From a virus (Duplodnaviria > Caudoviricetes): 53,786 nucleotides of DNA. The notes under the pieces are model-generated. The model searched no databases. It worked only from the letters and a program-made list of their open reading frames with translations, and had not been told where the DNA came from. The DNA lies in IMG/VR virus record IMGVR_UViG_3300031939_000004, positions 1-53,786 of that record; one strand, 5' to 3'. The position numbers and the translations under genes are program-made. Below are positions 8,479-17,162 of this stretch, piece after piece (within the stretch, counting starts at the first letter, position 1; every line of letters starts with the position of its first letter).

Positions 8479-8515
8479 CCGGCCCCCGACCTCGGGGGCG
8501 AGAGTCGGGGGCCGG
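8479..8515 (-). terminator. GC-rich hairpin
   Basis: 12-bp inverted repeat ccggcccccgac/gtcgggggccgg. Confidence 0.55.
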
Positions 8516-8527
8516 GGCCGGCGGGGG

Positions 8528-8818
8528 TCAGCCCCAGTTGAGCCCGTGGCCGACGCGGGCCTCGACCTCGCGGCGCCGGTCCTCGGTGAAGGTGCGCCGC
8601 TCGATCATGGCGTTGGTCGCCTCGGCCCGGGTGCGGTAGTGGGAGGTCCAGCCGTCCATCCCGATCCCGAGGGCGATCCAGTCGCCATCGGCGCCGTAGA
8701 CCCGCCCGATGGTGCGGACGGCACCGTCGAGGTGCACCTCCACATTGTAGTCGCGGACCAGGCCATTGCCGACCTGGGTCTCGGCGGTCTGGACGAAGCG
8801 GAGGGGGTTGCGGCTCAT
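8528..8818 (-). CDS. Hypothetical protein (single-gene cassette)
   Basis: GGAGCCACCC before the ATG; has its own promoter and hairpin. Confidence 0.72.
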   Translation of the reverse strand: MSRNPLRFVQTAETQVGNGLVRDYNVEVHLDGAVRTIGRVYGADGDWIALGIGMDGWTSHYRTRAEATNAMIERRTFTEDRRREVEARVGHGLNWG

Positions 8819-8862
8819 GGGGTGGCTCCCTTGATTGGCGCCCCGGCGGGGCGTGTACTCAA

Positions 8863-8892
8863 AGTAAACCACAGCTCGTGCTACCCGCGCAA
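8863..8892 (-). promoter_or_regulatory. Conserved phage promoter, copy 4
   Basis: TTGCGC-gggtaGCACGagctGTGG-TTTACT. Confidence 0.78.
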
Positions 8893-8899
8893 GCACTGC

Positions 8900-9271
8900 C
8901 TACTCGCCGGTCACCAGCGGGATCTCCCCGGTCGCCGGCGCCGGCCGGACGACCTGCTCCGGCGGGACCGTGCCGGCACGCCCGGTCGGGGTCGCCTGCC
9001 GCTCCAGCCAGATGCGGTAGGCCACCCGGTCCACGAACGAGTGGATCCCGCCCCGGCCCAGCCGGTGCGGCTCGATCCCGGCCACCACGCTGTCCCGCAG
9101 GTCGGCCAGGAACTCCCGGTGGTTCGGGGCGTAGCGGTGCGCGATCCGGTCGATCTCGCTGCGCAGCGACACCATGAACGTCGAGGCGATCTCCCGCTGC
9201 ACGTCCAGCGGCACCTCGACCCGCAGGTAGGTGTTCGGCCCGATCGCCTCCTCGAAGCTCACAGCCCCCAT
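8900..9271 (-). CDS. Hypothetical protein
   Basis: In-operon ORF with normal composition. Confidence 0.6.
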   Translation of the reverse strand: MGAVSFEEAIGPNTYLRVEVPLDVQREIASTFMVSLRSEIDRIAHRYAPNHREFLADLRDSVVAGIEPHRLGRGGIHSFVDRVAYRIWLERQATPTGRAGTVPPEQVVRPAPATGEIPLVTGE

Positions 9272-9828
9272 CCCAGCACCTCCCGGCCGGCGAAATAGAC
9301 GGCGTGCAGCTGGGCGTCCCGGGCGTGGTCGGCGCTGGCCGGGATCAGGTCGATCCCGCGCGCCCGCGCCTGGTTCCGGATGCCCTTCTTGATGTCGGCG
9401 CCCTGGAGCACGAACGGCACCTCGGGCTGGCCGGCGTCGCGCCGGCCACGGTTGGCCAGCCGGGTCACGTAGCGCAGCACCCCGATCAGCTGGGCGGTCT
9501 GCATCTGCGACCCGACCTGGGCGCCGGCCTTGTCGCCGTACAGGCTGAAGCGCTCGACGGCCACCGCCCCGACCCAGCCCTCCAGCAGCCAGCTGGCGAG
9601 GTGGTCGGCGCAGTCGTCCGGGCCGTACTCCTCGGCCCGGGTCAGCTTGACCTGGCCCTCGTGGGTGGCGTCGTCGTAGGTCACCCGGGCGACGGCGACC
9701 CCGCAGTGGACGTCGCCGGGGTCGATCCCGACGACCATGGTCAGGGCCGGCGGTTCGGGGAACGACCGGTCACCCCAGGCCGAGGTACCCGAGGAGGGGC
9801 TCGGTCGGGTTGCTGCTCTCTTGGGCAT
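9259..9828 (-). CDS. RuvC-like Holliday junction resolvase (start may be near 9738)
   Basis: VVGIDPG, VAVERF and HARDA motifs. Confidence 0.8.
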   Translation of the reverse strand: MPKRAATRPSPSSGTSAWGDRSFPEPPALTMVVGIDPGDVHCGVAVARVTYDDATHEGQVKLTRAEEYGPDDCADHLASWLLEGWVGAVAVERFSLYGDKAGAQVGSQMQTAQLIGVLRYVTRLANRGRRDAGQPEVPFVLQGADIKKGIRNQARARGIDLIPASADHARDAQLHAVYFAGREVLGWGL

Positions 9829-10336
9829 CAGTGTCGCCTGCCGCCTTCGAGGAGCCAGCCGGCGAGGAGTCGCTCGACCCAGCGGGGGCGCTGGTCGAGT
9901 CGGAGCTGGTCGACGCTGACCCCGTCTGGTCGGTGGCGGTGCCGGCCGCGCTCGTGGTCGGGCCGGTCAGCGGCGCCAGCGATAGCGACGGCGACGGCGG
10001 GGAGCTGGTCGGTCGGGGCGGCAGCGGACAGGCGGACCGCGCGGTCGAGGCGACGTAGCGGGTTGGGGCGGATGGGCGCGAGTTGGGCGAACTGGACGAG
10101 CCCTGCGATCGGTGGGCCAGAAAGGTGCTGGGCCATATCTCCTCCGTGGTCACGGGGGCGGGGTCGGCGTCGAGCGTCGACCCGCCGGCTGAACCCGCCG
10201 GGGCTGGGTCAGGGCCGGGGCGGGCGATCAGGGCGGCGCAGGCCGCTACGGCGGCGAGCGCCAGGCAGGCACAGGCGCCTCGGCCGGCCGCGGTGCGTGA
10301 TCGCGGCTGGTGGTACGGCGAGCGGTGTCTGCCCAT
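9770..10336 (-). CDS. Membrane-anchored or secreted Ser/Thr/Pro-rich protein, leaderless
   Basis: Hydrophobic N-terminal segment; GTGC-TTGACT (10344-10349) 7 nt before the ATG. Confidence 0.6.
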   Translation of the reverse strand: MGRHRSPYHQPRSRTAAGRGACACLALAAVAACAALIARPGPDPAPAGSAGGSTLDADPAPVTTEEIWPSTFLAHRSQGSSSSPNSRPSAPTRYVASTARSACPLPPRPTSSPPSPSLSLAPLTGPTTSAAGTATDQTGSASTSSDSTSAPAGSSDSSPAGSSKAAGDTDAQESSNPTEPLLGYLGLG

Positions 10337-10357
10337 GCTCTCCAGTCAAGCACGGGA

Positions 10358-10657
10358 TCAGGCGGCTTGGGCTTCGGGAACGTTGACCAGCAGCCAGCGG
10401 AACGACAGCGACACGCGGCAGGGGCCGAGGTCGGTCTGCAGGGTGCCCATCTGGACGATGTCGTCACACCAGGCGGGGTCGACGGCCAGCAGCGGAGGGT
10501 CCAGGACGACGGCCACCTGGGCGCTGGCCGCGGAGAAGGCAGGCCAGACGGCGTCGCCCGGTAGTGGCTGGCTGACCAGTATCGCGTCGCCGGGGGCGAG
10601 CTGATACGTGGCGCAGTCGGTGTGGGCCATCATCGGCCTCCTTTGCTGGGTCGGCAA
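10358..10657 (-). CDS. Hypothetical protein (start may be 10633)
   Basis: AAGGAGG RBS before the MM codons. Confidence 0.55.
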   Translation of the reverse strand: MPTQQRRPMMAHTDCATYQLAPGDAILVSQPLPGDAVWPAFSAASAQVAVVLDPPLLAVDPAWCDDIVQMGTLQTDLGPCRVSLSFRWLLVNVPEAQAA

Positions 10658-10750
10658 GGACCAGTGGAACAGGCCCGTGCGGCTTCCGCAAGGGTCCAGC
10701 GCCTCTGTTTACCTCCCGTTAGTAAGATTGACAGCAGGTTTCCAGACACG

Positions 10751-10790
10751 GCGACGCCCCCGGTCGCACGAGGCGTTCCGGGGGCGTCGC
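10751..10790 (-). terminator. GC-rich hairpin
   Basis: 13-bp inverted repeat gcgacgcccccgg/ccgggggcgtcgc after the stop at 10800. Confidence 0.6.
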
Positions 10791-10799
10791 TGGGGGTGA

Positions 10800-11249
10800 T
10801 CAGCCCAGGGGCTGCGGGGCGAACATGTGGGCGCGGGCGCCGGTCGGGTCGGCCGGCTCGTCGTCGTCCATCCGGGTGTTCCACGCCTGCTCCACGCAGT
10901 CCTGGCACATCCCGAGCTGCGGGTCGTAGCTGCTGTACCCGACCGTCCGGTAGATCGGCTTGACGCTGGTCTCGCGGCTCTTGCCGCAGGTCTCGCAGGT
11001 GGCCGTGTCGTCGCGGGTGACCCGCCAGGCGGCCGGCGCCTCGCCCCCGACCACGAAGATCATCAGGTAGCCGTCGAAGTCGCGCGGGGTGGCCTGGATC
11101 TTGCGGGCCTGCTCCAGGCGCTGGCGGTAGGCGGCGGCCTGGCCGCGGGCGTAGTCGGCGGTGCGCTGGTCGCCGCCGGGGCCGGAGTGCCGGCGCGCGG
11201 CGGCCTCGTAGTCGCGGGCGATCTGCTCGATCTGCTCGATTTCAGTCAT
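10800..11249 (-). CDS. Hypothetical protein with two CxxC motifs
   Basis: GGAGCCACCC-ATG; CETC and CQDC. Confidence 0.7.
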   Translation of the reverse strand: MTEIEQIEQIARDYEAAARRHSGPGGDQRTADYARGQAAAYRQRLEQARKIQATPRDFDGYLMIFVVGGEAPAAWRVTRDDTATCETCGKSRETSVKPIYRTVGYSSYDPQLGMCQDCVEQAWNTRMDDDEPADPTGARAHMFAPQPLG

Positions 11250-11297
11250 CGGGTGGCTCCGATCTGGTGGGCGGGGGCGGTTCCCTCGCGTACCAAA

Positions 11298-11327
11298 AGT
11301 AAACCACGGCCCGTGCCAGGAGCGCAA
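11298..11327 (-). promoter_or_regulatory. Conserved phage promoter, copy 5
   Basis: TTGCGC-tcctgGCACGggccGTGG-TTTACT. Confidence 0.78.
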
Positions 11328-11353
11328 GCACCCGGCACGGGCCGTGTCGCGGT

Positions 11354-12058
11354 TCAGCGGGCGATCTCCGAGCGGCGGTTGCCGAGCCCACCCTGGCCGA
11401 GGTCGGCCCGACGCCCGGCGGCCTGGCCGGCGAAGAACGCGCCGGCAGCGCTGACCGAGGAGGCGCGGGCGGTGCGCACCCGCGGGTTCTCCTGGCGGAA
11501 GTGGGCGTCGACGGCCTTGGACCGGTCGACCAGGACCAACTCGGCGCCGGTGCCGGGGCGCTCGTCCACCGCGGCCTGCCGCTGCTGCTTCAGCCGCTGG
11601 GAGGCGGTGTGGGCGAACCCGGTCAGGAACGACCGGGTGAACGCCTGGCCGTTGCCGCCGGCCCGTGCCTTGCGGGCGATCTCCATCTCGCGCATGGCCT
11701 GGATTTCCAGGCTGGCGAACAGCACCTCCAGCAAGCCGAGGTCGGCCTCCCAGCCGTAGGCGGTGCAGACCGCGGTGCCGTAGGTCGATTGCCCGGTGTG
11801 CTGGATGACCTGGCAACCCAGGGCGTCGGCGGTCCAGGCGAGCAGCTGCACCTTCGGCTTGGCCCAGCCGCGGACCACGAACCGGCGGGCGCCGATCTTG
11901 TCGCCGGTCTGGTGGTCGGCGGTCAGCAGCGCCTCGTCAATGGCGTAGCGCTGGATCAGCTGCATGGCCTTGGCGCGGAAGATCTCGGCCTCCTCGGGGG
12001 TGCCGGCACGCTCGGCCTTGGCGAGCAGCTTGCGGACGGTGTCGAGCTTCTTCTCCAT
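11354..12058 (-). CDS. DUF2786-domain protein
   Basis: N-terminal VRKLLAKAE..TPEEAE.F.AKA..L...YAID. Confidence 0.82.
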   Translation of the reverse strand: MEKKLDTVRKLLAKAERAGTPEEAEIFRAKAMQLIQRYAIDEALLTADHQTGDKIGARRFVVRGWAKPKVQLLAWTADALGCQVIQHTGQSTYGTAVCTAYGWEADLGLLEVLFASLEIQAMREMEIARKARAGGNGQAFTRSFLTGFAHTASQRLKQQRQAAVDERPGTGAELVLVDRSKAVDAHFRQENPRVRTARASSVSAAGAFFAGQAAGRRADLGQGGLGNRRSEIAR

Positions 12059-12096
12059 GGGGGTGGCTCCTCAGTGGTCGGGGTGTGTCGGGTTGA

Positions 12097-12126
12097 AGCA
12101 AACCACGGGGCGTGCTCGGGAAGCAA
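12097..12126 (-). promoter_or_regulatory. Conserved phage promoter, copy 6
   Basis: TTGCTT-cccgaGCACGccccGTGG-TTTGCT; no TA dinucleotide is available in the -10 region. Confidence 0.75.
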
Positions 12127-12142
12127 GCACGCCCCGCGGGTG

Positions 12143-13024
12143 TCACCACTCGGACTTGCTGGCGCAGACCGGGCCCAGGCCCAGGGCCCGCGAGGTCTCA
12201 TCGGTCAGCGCCAGCCCGCAGCGGCCACAGGCGCCGATCAGCCGGCCGTACAGCGCGGCGCCCTCCTTCGGGTCGGCCTTGATCGTCTCCAGCGCCTCGT
12301 TCGGCTTGCCGTTGTAGGGGTGCTCGGTGGGGCCGGCCTGGACGTAGATCCGGCCGGTGCGGGTCACCCGGTAGAACTGCGCCGAGCCCTCGGCTGGCTG
12401 GTAGGCGTAGCGGCCGGGGCGGATTCCGTGGGCGGCCTGGGCGACCCGGGGCAGGTCCCGCCAGATGTCGATCAGGATCGAGGCGGTCTGCCGGTCGAGC
12501 TTCTCGAACCCGACCTCGGGCTCGTCGCCGGTCTTGCCGGGGATCGCCCGGGTGTTCCACAGGTCGGCCAGGAACGCGATCTGGTTCTCGGTCGCCGGCT
12601 GCGGGGTCGGCGGGGTGTCACGGACGGGGCGGCCACCCTCCCAGCGGCGGGGCTGCTGGCGCTCGCGGGCCTGGTGCGCCTTCAGCTCGTCGATGATCGA
12701 GGAGGCGTGCGCCTTGGACCGCGGGGTCTTGCGGTCGTCGGGGGTCCAGCCCAGCTCGTCGTAGAGCTTGCCGATCAGCCAGAGCTGCTTCTCGGTGGGC
12801 GCGTTGGCGGACTGGCCGCGGGTGGCGCCGGGGCCGGTCGGGCGGGCCGGGGGTGCCTCGTACCCGGGGTCGGCCTCGTCCTGGACGGTGCCGGCGGCGA
12901 ACTGCGCCTCGGCGCGGGCGAGGTTCTCGTCCAGGTACTCGATGACCTCGCCGGCTGCGTCGCGCTCGGCCTTGGCCGCGCGCATGATCTCCAGGTCCCA
13001 GCGGTTGTATCGGACGGTCGGCAT
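12143..13024 (-). CDS. DUF6011-like Zn-finger protein with two ATEKQ-type repeats
   Basis: C-terminal CGRCGLALTDETSRALGLGPVC; PTEKQ and ATENQ motifs. Confidence 0.75.
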   Translation of the reverse strand: MPTVRYNRWDLEIMRAAKAERDAAGEVIEYLDENLARAEAQFAAGTVQDEADPGYEAPPARPTGPGATRGQSANAPTEKQLWLIGKLYDELGWTPDDRKTPRSKAHASSIIDELKAHQARERQQPRRWEGGRPVRDTPPTPQPATENQIAFLADLWNTRAIPGKTGDEPEVGFEKLDRQTASILIDIWRDLPRVAQAAHGIRPGRYAYQPAEGSAQFYRVTRTGRIYVQAGPTEHPYNGKPNEALETIKADPKEGAALYGRLIGACGRCGLALTDETSRALGLGPVCASKSEW

Positions 13025-13072
13025 CGGGGTGGCTCCCTGTGCTCGGGGCCCCCAGCGGGCCCTTCGAGTACA

Positions 13073-13102
13073 AGTAAACCACGCCCCGTGCTCGGAGCGC
13101 AA
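13073..13102 (-). promoter_or_regulatory. Conserved phage promoter, copy 7
   Basis: TTGCGC-tccgaGCACGgggcGTGG-TTTACT. Confidence 0.78.
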
Positions 13103-13105
13103 GGA

Positions 13106-13495
13106 TCAGTCGCGGGCCAGCATCCAGGCGGCCAGCTCCGGATTGTCTCGCAGCGCCCCGAACAGCGCCGGGGTCAACGTGGCCACCGTGTACTCCTCAC
13201 GCTCGGCGGGTCGCAGCCGGGCGATCCGGTCCGCGTCCCAATCGCCTGGGCGCAGGCACTGGTGGATCAGCTCGTGCAGCAGCGTCTCGCGTAGCTGCGA
13301 CTCCTGAACCGGCCGATCGTCCGGGTAACGGTCGGCCAGCACGATCTCCAGCACCCAGGCGTCGGAGAACCCGCCGAACCGGTCGGTGTTGTGCTCGCGC
13401 AGCCCCCACTCGCGGACCGCCTCGGTGTCTACCCGGACGGCGTAGACGTGCGCGCCGATCCTGACCGTGGCGGGCAGTCCGGTCAGGTCAGCCAC
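13106..13495 (-). CDS. HExxH metallopeptidase-like protein
   Basis: ETLLHELIH ... EE..V pattern. Confidence 0.7.
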   Translation of the reverse strand: MADLTGLPATVRIGAHVYAVRVDTEAVREWGLREHNTDRFGGFSDAWVLEIVLADRYPDDRPVQESQLRETLLHELIHQCLRPGDWDADRIARLRPAEREEYTVATLTPALFGALRDNPELAAWMLARD

Positions 13496-14381
13496 GGCGG
13501 AAGCTCTGCCAGTCCTTCGCCAGCACCGTCGAGGCGTGGTAGCCGTGCGGCGACTTGGCCCAGATGTCGAACTCGGCCGCCAGCCGGCTGGGCACCGGGA
13601 CCGTGTCCGCGGGTGCCGGGGCCGGCTCGGGCTGGGGCGGGCTCGGGACGGGCACCGGGGCCGGCCGGTCCAGCGGCACCCCCACCGTGATGTCGCCCTG
13701 CATCGCCAGCAGCCGGCGCAGAACGGCCGAGGTGTAGCCGAACGTGCCGTCCTTACCCCAGCCGTCGCTCCACGAGTTGTAGAACCACCAGACGTCGGCC
13801 GCCTCGTCGTACTTGAAGCACTCGTACTCGTGGCCGCCCAGCACCTGGCCCCCGATCGTGACCAGGCCGTTCCGATCGGGGGTCTCCATCGACTCGTAGA
13901 ACAGCGTCCCCAGGATGAACGGGCGGTCCTGGATCGCCGCGTGCGCCTCATCCAGGCTCATCGCGTGCTGGAACCCGGACTCGTAGCCCTCGGTCACCGA
14001 GACCTTGCTGACGCTCAGCCCGTCGCAGCCGGTGTCGGTGACCCCGGTCTCCGGGTTGTACCAGTCGGGAGCGTCGTCGAGCTTGGTGCCCTCGCTGTAG
14101 ATGTGCACCGCGAGCGGCTGGCCGAGCTGCCGGCGCTGGCTATCGGTCAGCGCGTCCCAGAACGGACCGGTGCCCAGCTGCCCGACCTTCGCCTCGCCGG
14201 TGCAGCTGCCCACCTGGCCCTGGTCCAGGACCTCGATGTGCCGGGGCCACTCGACGCTCTTGGGCGTAGCTCCGCGGCCGACCCGGTAGGCCCAGGAGCG
14301 CGGGTCGTGGCGGACGTTTCGGCCGAAACCGCCATGATCGCTGTATCGGGACGGGATTGGAGCGTAGAGGGTTCCGGCCAT
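13488..14381 (-). CDS. Papain-like (C1) cysteine peptidase
   Basis: DQGQVGSC, GGH and NSW..WG catalytic motifs; Pro-rich linker; leaderless (TGC-TTGGCT at 14388-14393). Confidence 0.82.
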   Translation of the reverse strand: MAGTLYAPIPSRYSDHGGFGRNVRHDPRSWAYRVGRGATPKSVEWPRHIEVLDQGQVGSCTGEAKVGQLGTGPFWDALTDSQRRQLGQPLAVHIYSEGTKLDDAPDWYNPETGVTDTGCDGLSVSKVSVTEGYESGFQHAMSLDEAHAAIQDRPFILGTLFYESMETPDRNGLVTIGGQVLGGHEYECFKYDEAADVWWFYNSWSDGWGKDGTFGYTSAVLRRLLAMQGDITVGVPLDRPAPVPVPSPPQPEPAPAPADTVPVPSRLAAEFDIWAKSPHGYHASTVLAKDWQSFRRG

Positions 14382-14416
14382 GCCCGCAGCCAAGCAGACG
14401 GGCCTGAGCCGGCGCC

Positions 14417-14590
14417 CTACTTCCGGGTCTCGGGGGTGCGTAGCTCCGCGGGTGAGTCGGGCACGGACGCGTAGCTCCGCGGCCGGCGGTTCTCGGCCTG
14501 CCGGATGGACTTGCCGATGACCAGCGCCACGGGGACGGCGACGGCCACCCACACCGCGGCGCCCAGCAGCACCCACTCGGGCCAGGTCAC
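14417..14590 (-). CDS. Small membrane protein
   Basis: Single hydrophobic helix; GGAGG RBS. Confidence 0.6.
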   Translation of the reverse strand: MTWPEWVLLGAAVWVAVAVPVALVIGKSIRQAENRRPRSYASVPDSPAELRTPETRK

Positions 14591-14853
14591 GCGGCGACCT
14601 CCAACGCGCAGGGCGGGGGCGGGGCGATCAAGGTCCGGGACCAGGGGAGGGTGGTGCGCCGGCCGGCGACCGTAGCTACGTACCGCTGGCCCTGCACCAG
14701 CCCGCCGTGGATGGTGATCTCGGGCAGCGTCTGGTTCGGGTCGAGGTTGTGCAGCCGGCACCAGGCGGCGATCCCGTCCTGGCCGGCCTGGGCGCGCCAG
14801 CGGTCGACGCTGGCCGAGGTGGTCAGGTAGCAGTCAGGGCCGACCGTGTTCAC
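14587..14853 (-). CDS. Hypothetical protein
   Basis: Coupled ORF. Confidence 0.55.
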   Translation of the reverse strand: MNTVGPDCYLTTSASVDRWRAQAGQDGIAAWCRLHNLDPNQTLPEITIHGGLVQGQRYVATVAGRRTTLPWSRTLIAPPPPCALEVAA

Positions 14854-15029
14854 AGGGCTCTCCGCACAGGTACAGGTGGTAGCCCTCGCCGAAGAGGCGC
14901 TCGCCCAGCCGGCGCTGCCGCTGGGGGTCGAGCAGGCCGATCAGCCAGGTGAGCACCGCGCTCGGCCTCCTCGCACCAGATCGGGTGGCCCCACTCCGGG
15001 GGCCAGTCGCAGCGGGGGCAGTTCATCAT
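14850..15029 (-). CDS. Small hypothetical protein
   Basis: ATGA-coupled; CPRC motif. Confidence 0.45.
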   Translation of the reverse strand: MMNCPRCDWPPEWGHPIWCEEAERGAHLADRPARPPAAAPAGRAPLRRGLPPVPVRRAL

Positions 15030-15466
15030 CGGGCGGCCGGCGGGAGTTTCGGTTTGGGGTAGCCGGACCAGCCGAGCCCGCGCATCCAGGCACAGACCGA
15101 CTGGCCGACCTCGTCCCGCAGGTCGCCCAGGCGCCGGCCGTACTCGTCGCGGCCGAGCATGGACAGGTACAGCGCACCCCGCTCCTGGGCGCCGGTGACC
15201 CAGGCGGTGAGGTCGTCGCGGGCGCCGGCCCACGGGCCGGGGTCGGTGGTCTCGGGGGTGTCCAGGCCGAGCCCGCCGTCGTGCAGCCGCAGCTTGACGC
15301 CCTTCGGGTGGTCCCGGTGGACGACCAGCATGTCCTCGATCTCGCCGATCTCGCGCTCGCGGACCACGTACAGCGTGTCGCCGTCCGTGATCCGCGGGGC
15401 GGCCAGCACCCGGTACAGCACCGGGGCGGCCAGCATCGCGGCCAGGTTCATCCGCAGCTTGGTCAC
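15026..15466 (-). CDS. Thermonuclease (SNase)-like protein, start uncertain
   Basis: ITDGDTL, KLRL..GLDTPE and DEYGRRLG motifs. Confidence 0.75.
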   Translation of the reverse strand: MTKLRMNLAAMLAAPVLYRVLAAPRITDGDTLYVVREREIGEIEDMLVVHRDHPKGVKLRLHDGGLGLDTPETTDPGPWAGARDDLTAWVTGAQERGALYLSMLGRDEYGRRLGDLRDEVGQSVCAWMRGLGWSGYPKPKLPPAAR

Positions 15467-15530
15467 TGGCAGCCTCCGCAGGGGCAGGCGCGGCGGGCCT
15501 GGTCGCACAGGTGGCGCCACAGCTGGAGGA

Positions 15531-15728
15531 TCACAGGATGTACTCCGTGTCGGGTAGCTGGATCGGGGAGCCGGGGGTCCAGTAGCGGGCGCGCCGTCGC
15601 TCGCGGGCCCGCTCGTACGCCTTGATCTCATCACAGGCGGGGGTGCCCTCCCGGTGGTGCCACTTCCGGTTCTTGCCGCCGCAGGGGCAGCGCTCGGGCG
15701 CCTGCTCGGGCGCCGGCTGGTCGGGCAT
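15531..15728 (-). CDS. Small Cys/His hypothetical protein
   Basis: CPCG...HHREG...CDE. Confidence 0.55.
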   Translation of the reverse strand: MPDQPAPEQAPERCPCGGKNRKWHHREGTPACDEIKAYERARERRRARYWTPGSPIQLPDTEYIL

Positions 15729-15973
15729 CAGTCCTCGATCCGAACGGTGATCTGCGGCGCCGGCTCGTCCTCGCCGTACAGGACGACCTCGATGGTCGGG
15801 TCGCCGCAGTTGTACGGGCCGTCGCTGTACAGCCGGAACTGGGTCCCGCAGTCGATCAGGTCCAGCACGGTCCCGGACCCGAGCAGCTCGTCCAGCGAGC
15901 AGGACAGGTCGAGGTCGTCCACGGGGGTCGCCGGCAGCGGGGTGGTCAGCAGCCGGCCGAGCAGCCTACGCAT
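15728..15973 (-). CDS. Hypothetical protein
   Basis: Coupled ORF. Confidence 0.5.
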   Translation of the reverse strand: MRRLLGRLLTTPLPATPVDDLDLSCSLDELLGSGTVLDLIDCGTQFRLYSDGPYNCGDPTIEVVLYGEDEPAPQITVRIED

Positions 15974-16220
15974 CGAGATCGGCCGAGACGGGGGCCTGGG
16001 CGACCAGCTCGGTGATCCCGCGGTTCAGATGGTCGCCGGGCTGGATGGTGACGGTGAGCTGGTCGGGGCGGCCGAACTCCTCCCAGGCCCCGACGTCCAG
16101 CGACAGGCTGGATCGGGTCAGCCCGGGGCGGTCCTCGTCGGGCTGCACGAAGGTGACCCGGGGCGGGGTGCCGAGTGGGCGGGACAGCCGGTCGTAGATG
16201 CGGCGGGTGCGGGTGATCAT
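15966..16220 (-). CDS. Hypothetical protein
   Basis: AGGAG RBS; ATGA overlap. Confidence 0.55.
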   Translation of the reverse strand: MITRTRRIYDRLSRPLGTPPRVTFVQPDEDRPGLTRSSLSLDVGAWEEFGRPDQLTVTIQPGDHLNRGITELVAQAPVSADLDA

Positions 16221-16525
16221 GCGGGGTCTCCTGGGCAGGGCTGGTCGTAGGTGTCGGAGGTGAGCGGCTGCTCGCAGATGTAGCACCCGACCGTGACCGA
16301 CAGCAGCCGGTCGGGTCGGGCGCTGGGGACGGCGGTGCCTCGCAGCTCGCCGGCCTTGTGGGCGTCGACCATGGCCTGGACCTCGGCGTAGGTCAGCTGG
16401 TACAGGCTCATCACGCCCCAGAGGTGGCGCTTCTGGCGCAGGGCCTTGGCTACCTCCTCGTCGTACCGGGCGTGCATCTGGTCGATCCGGGCGATGTTGG
16501 CGACCAGCTGCGGGTCGTCGGTCAC
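16217..16525 (-). CDS. Hypothetical protein
   Basis: GTGA-coupled; CYICE motif. Confidence 0.55.
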   Translation of the reverse strand: MTDDPQLVANIARIDQMHARYDEEVAKALRQKRHLWGVMSLYQLTYAEVQAMVDAHKAGELRGTAVPSARPDRLLSVTVGCYICEQPLTSDTYDQPCPGDPA

Positions 16526-16881
16526 GCGTCGCCCCCGATCCCGTGCCCGATCGGGTCGGCCACCCAGTCGCGCTGGCTGACGGTCCCCCAGCGGTCGAGG
16601 ATGGCGTCGGCCAGGTTGAACCCGTAGGCGCGGCTGATGTCGACCAGCTTCACGAACACGTCGCCGGTCTCCTTGTAGATCTCGGCTTCCCACTGCTCGC
16701 GGGTGCCGCGGATGCCCTGGGCGCGCTTGACCGCGGCGCGGCAGATCTCGCCCAGCTCCTCGACGGTGCCGAGGGTGGCGACCAGCTCGGTCGCCGGCCC
16801 GAAGTTGCGCTGCTGCCAGGTGGCGATCTCGTCCACCAGGCCGTACAGCTCGACCGGGGCGGTCAGGGAGTCGCCGCTCAC
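16522..16881 (-). CDS. MazG-like nucleotide pyrophosphohydrolase (MazZ candidate)
   Basis: WQQRNFG ... EELGE ... ETGD metal-binding pattern. Confidence 0.85.
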   Translation of the reverse strand: MSGDSLTAPVELYGLVDEIATWQQRNFGPATELVATLGTVEELGEICRAAVKRAQGIRGTREQWEAEIYKETGDVFVKLVDISRAYGFNLADAILDRWGTVSQRDWVADPIGHGIGGDA

Positions 16882-17162
16882 AGGTCGATCCGGCCGATCG
16901 TGGTGCGCAGGCGGTAGACCAGCGCGTCGGCGTGCTGGATCTCGGTGCGCAGTCGGTTGGCGACCACGCTGGCCGGCGCCGGCTCGGAGACGGCGGCCGA
17001 GACCGGCGGGGCGGGCTGGGGCTGCTCGGGCCGCAGCACCGGCGAGATGTGGTCCAGCAGGTACTGGATCGTGGTGTCCATCTCGTCGATCGTGGCGGCC
17101 AACCGATCCAGCTCGCCGGGGACGGCGGGCGTGATCTCGGGGTTGGGCGTGGGCTGGGTCAT
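16878..17162 (-). CDS. Hypothetical coiled-coil protein
   Basis: ATGA overlap with the polymerase stop codon. Confidence 0.6.
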   Translation of the reverse strand: MTQPTPNPEITPAVPGELDRLAATIDEMDTTIQYLLDHISPVLRPEQPQPAPPVSAAVSEPAPASVVANRLRTEIQHADALVYRLRTTIGRIDL

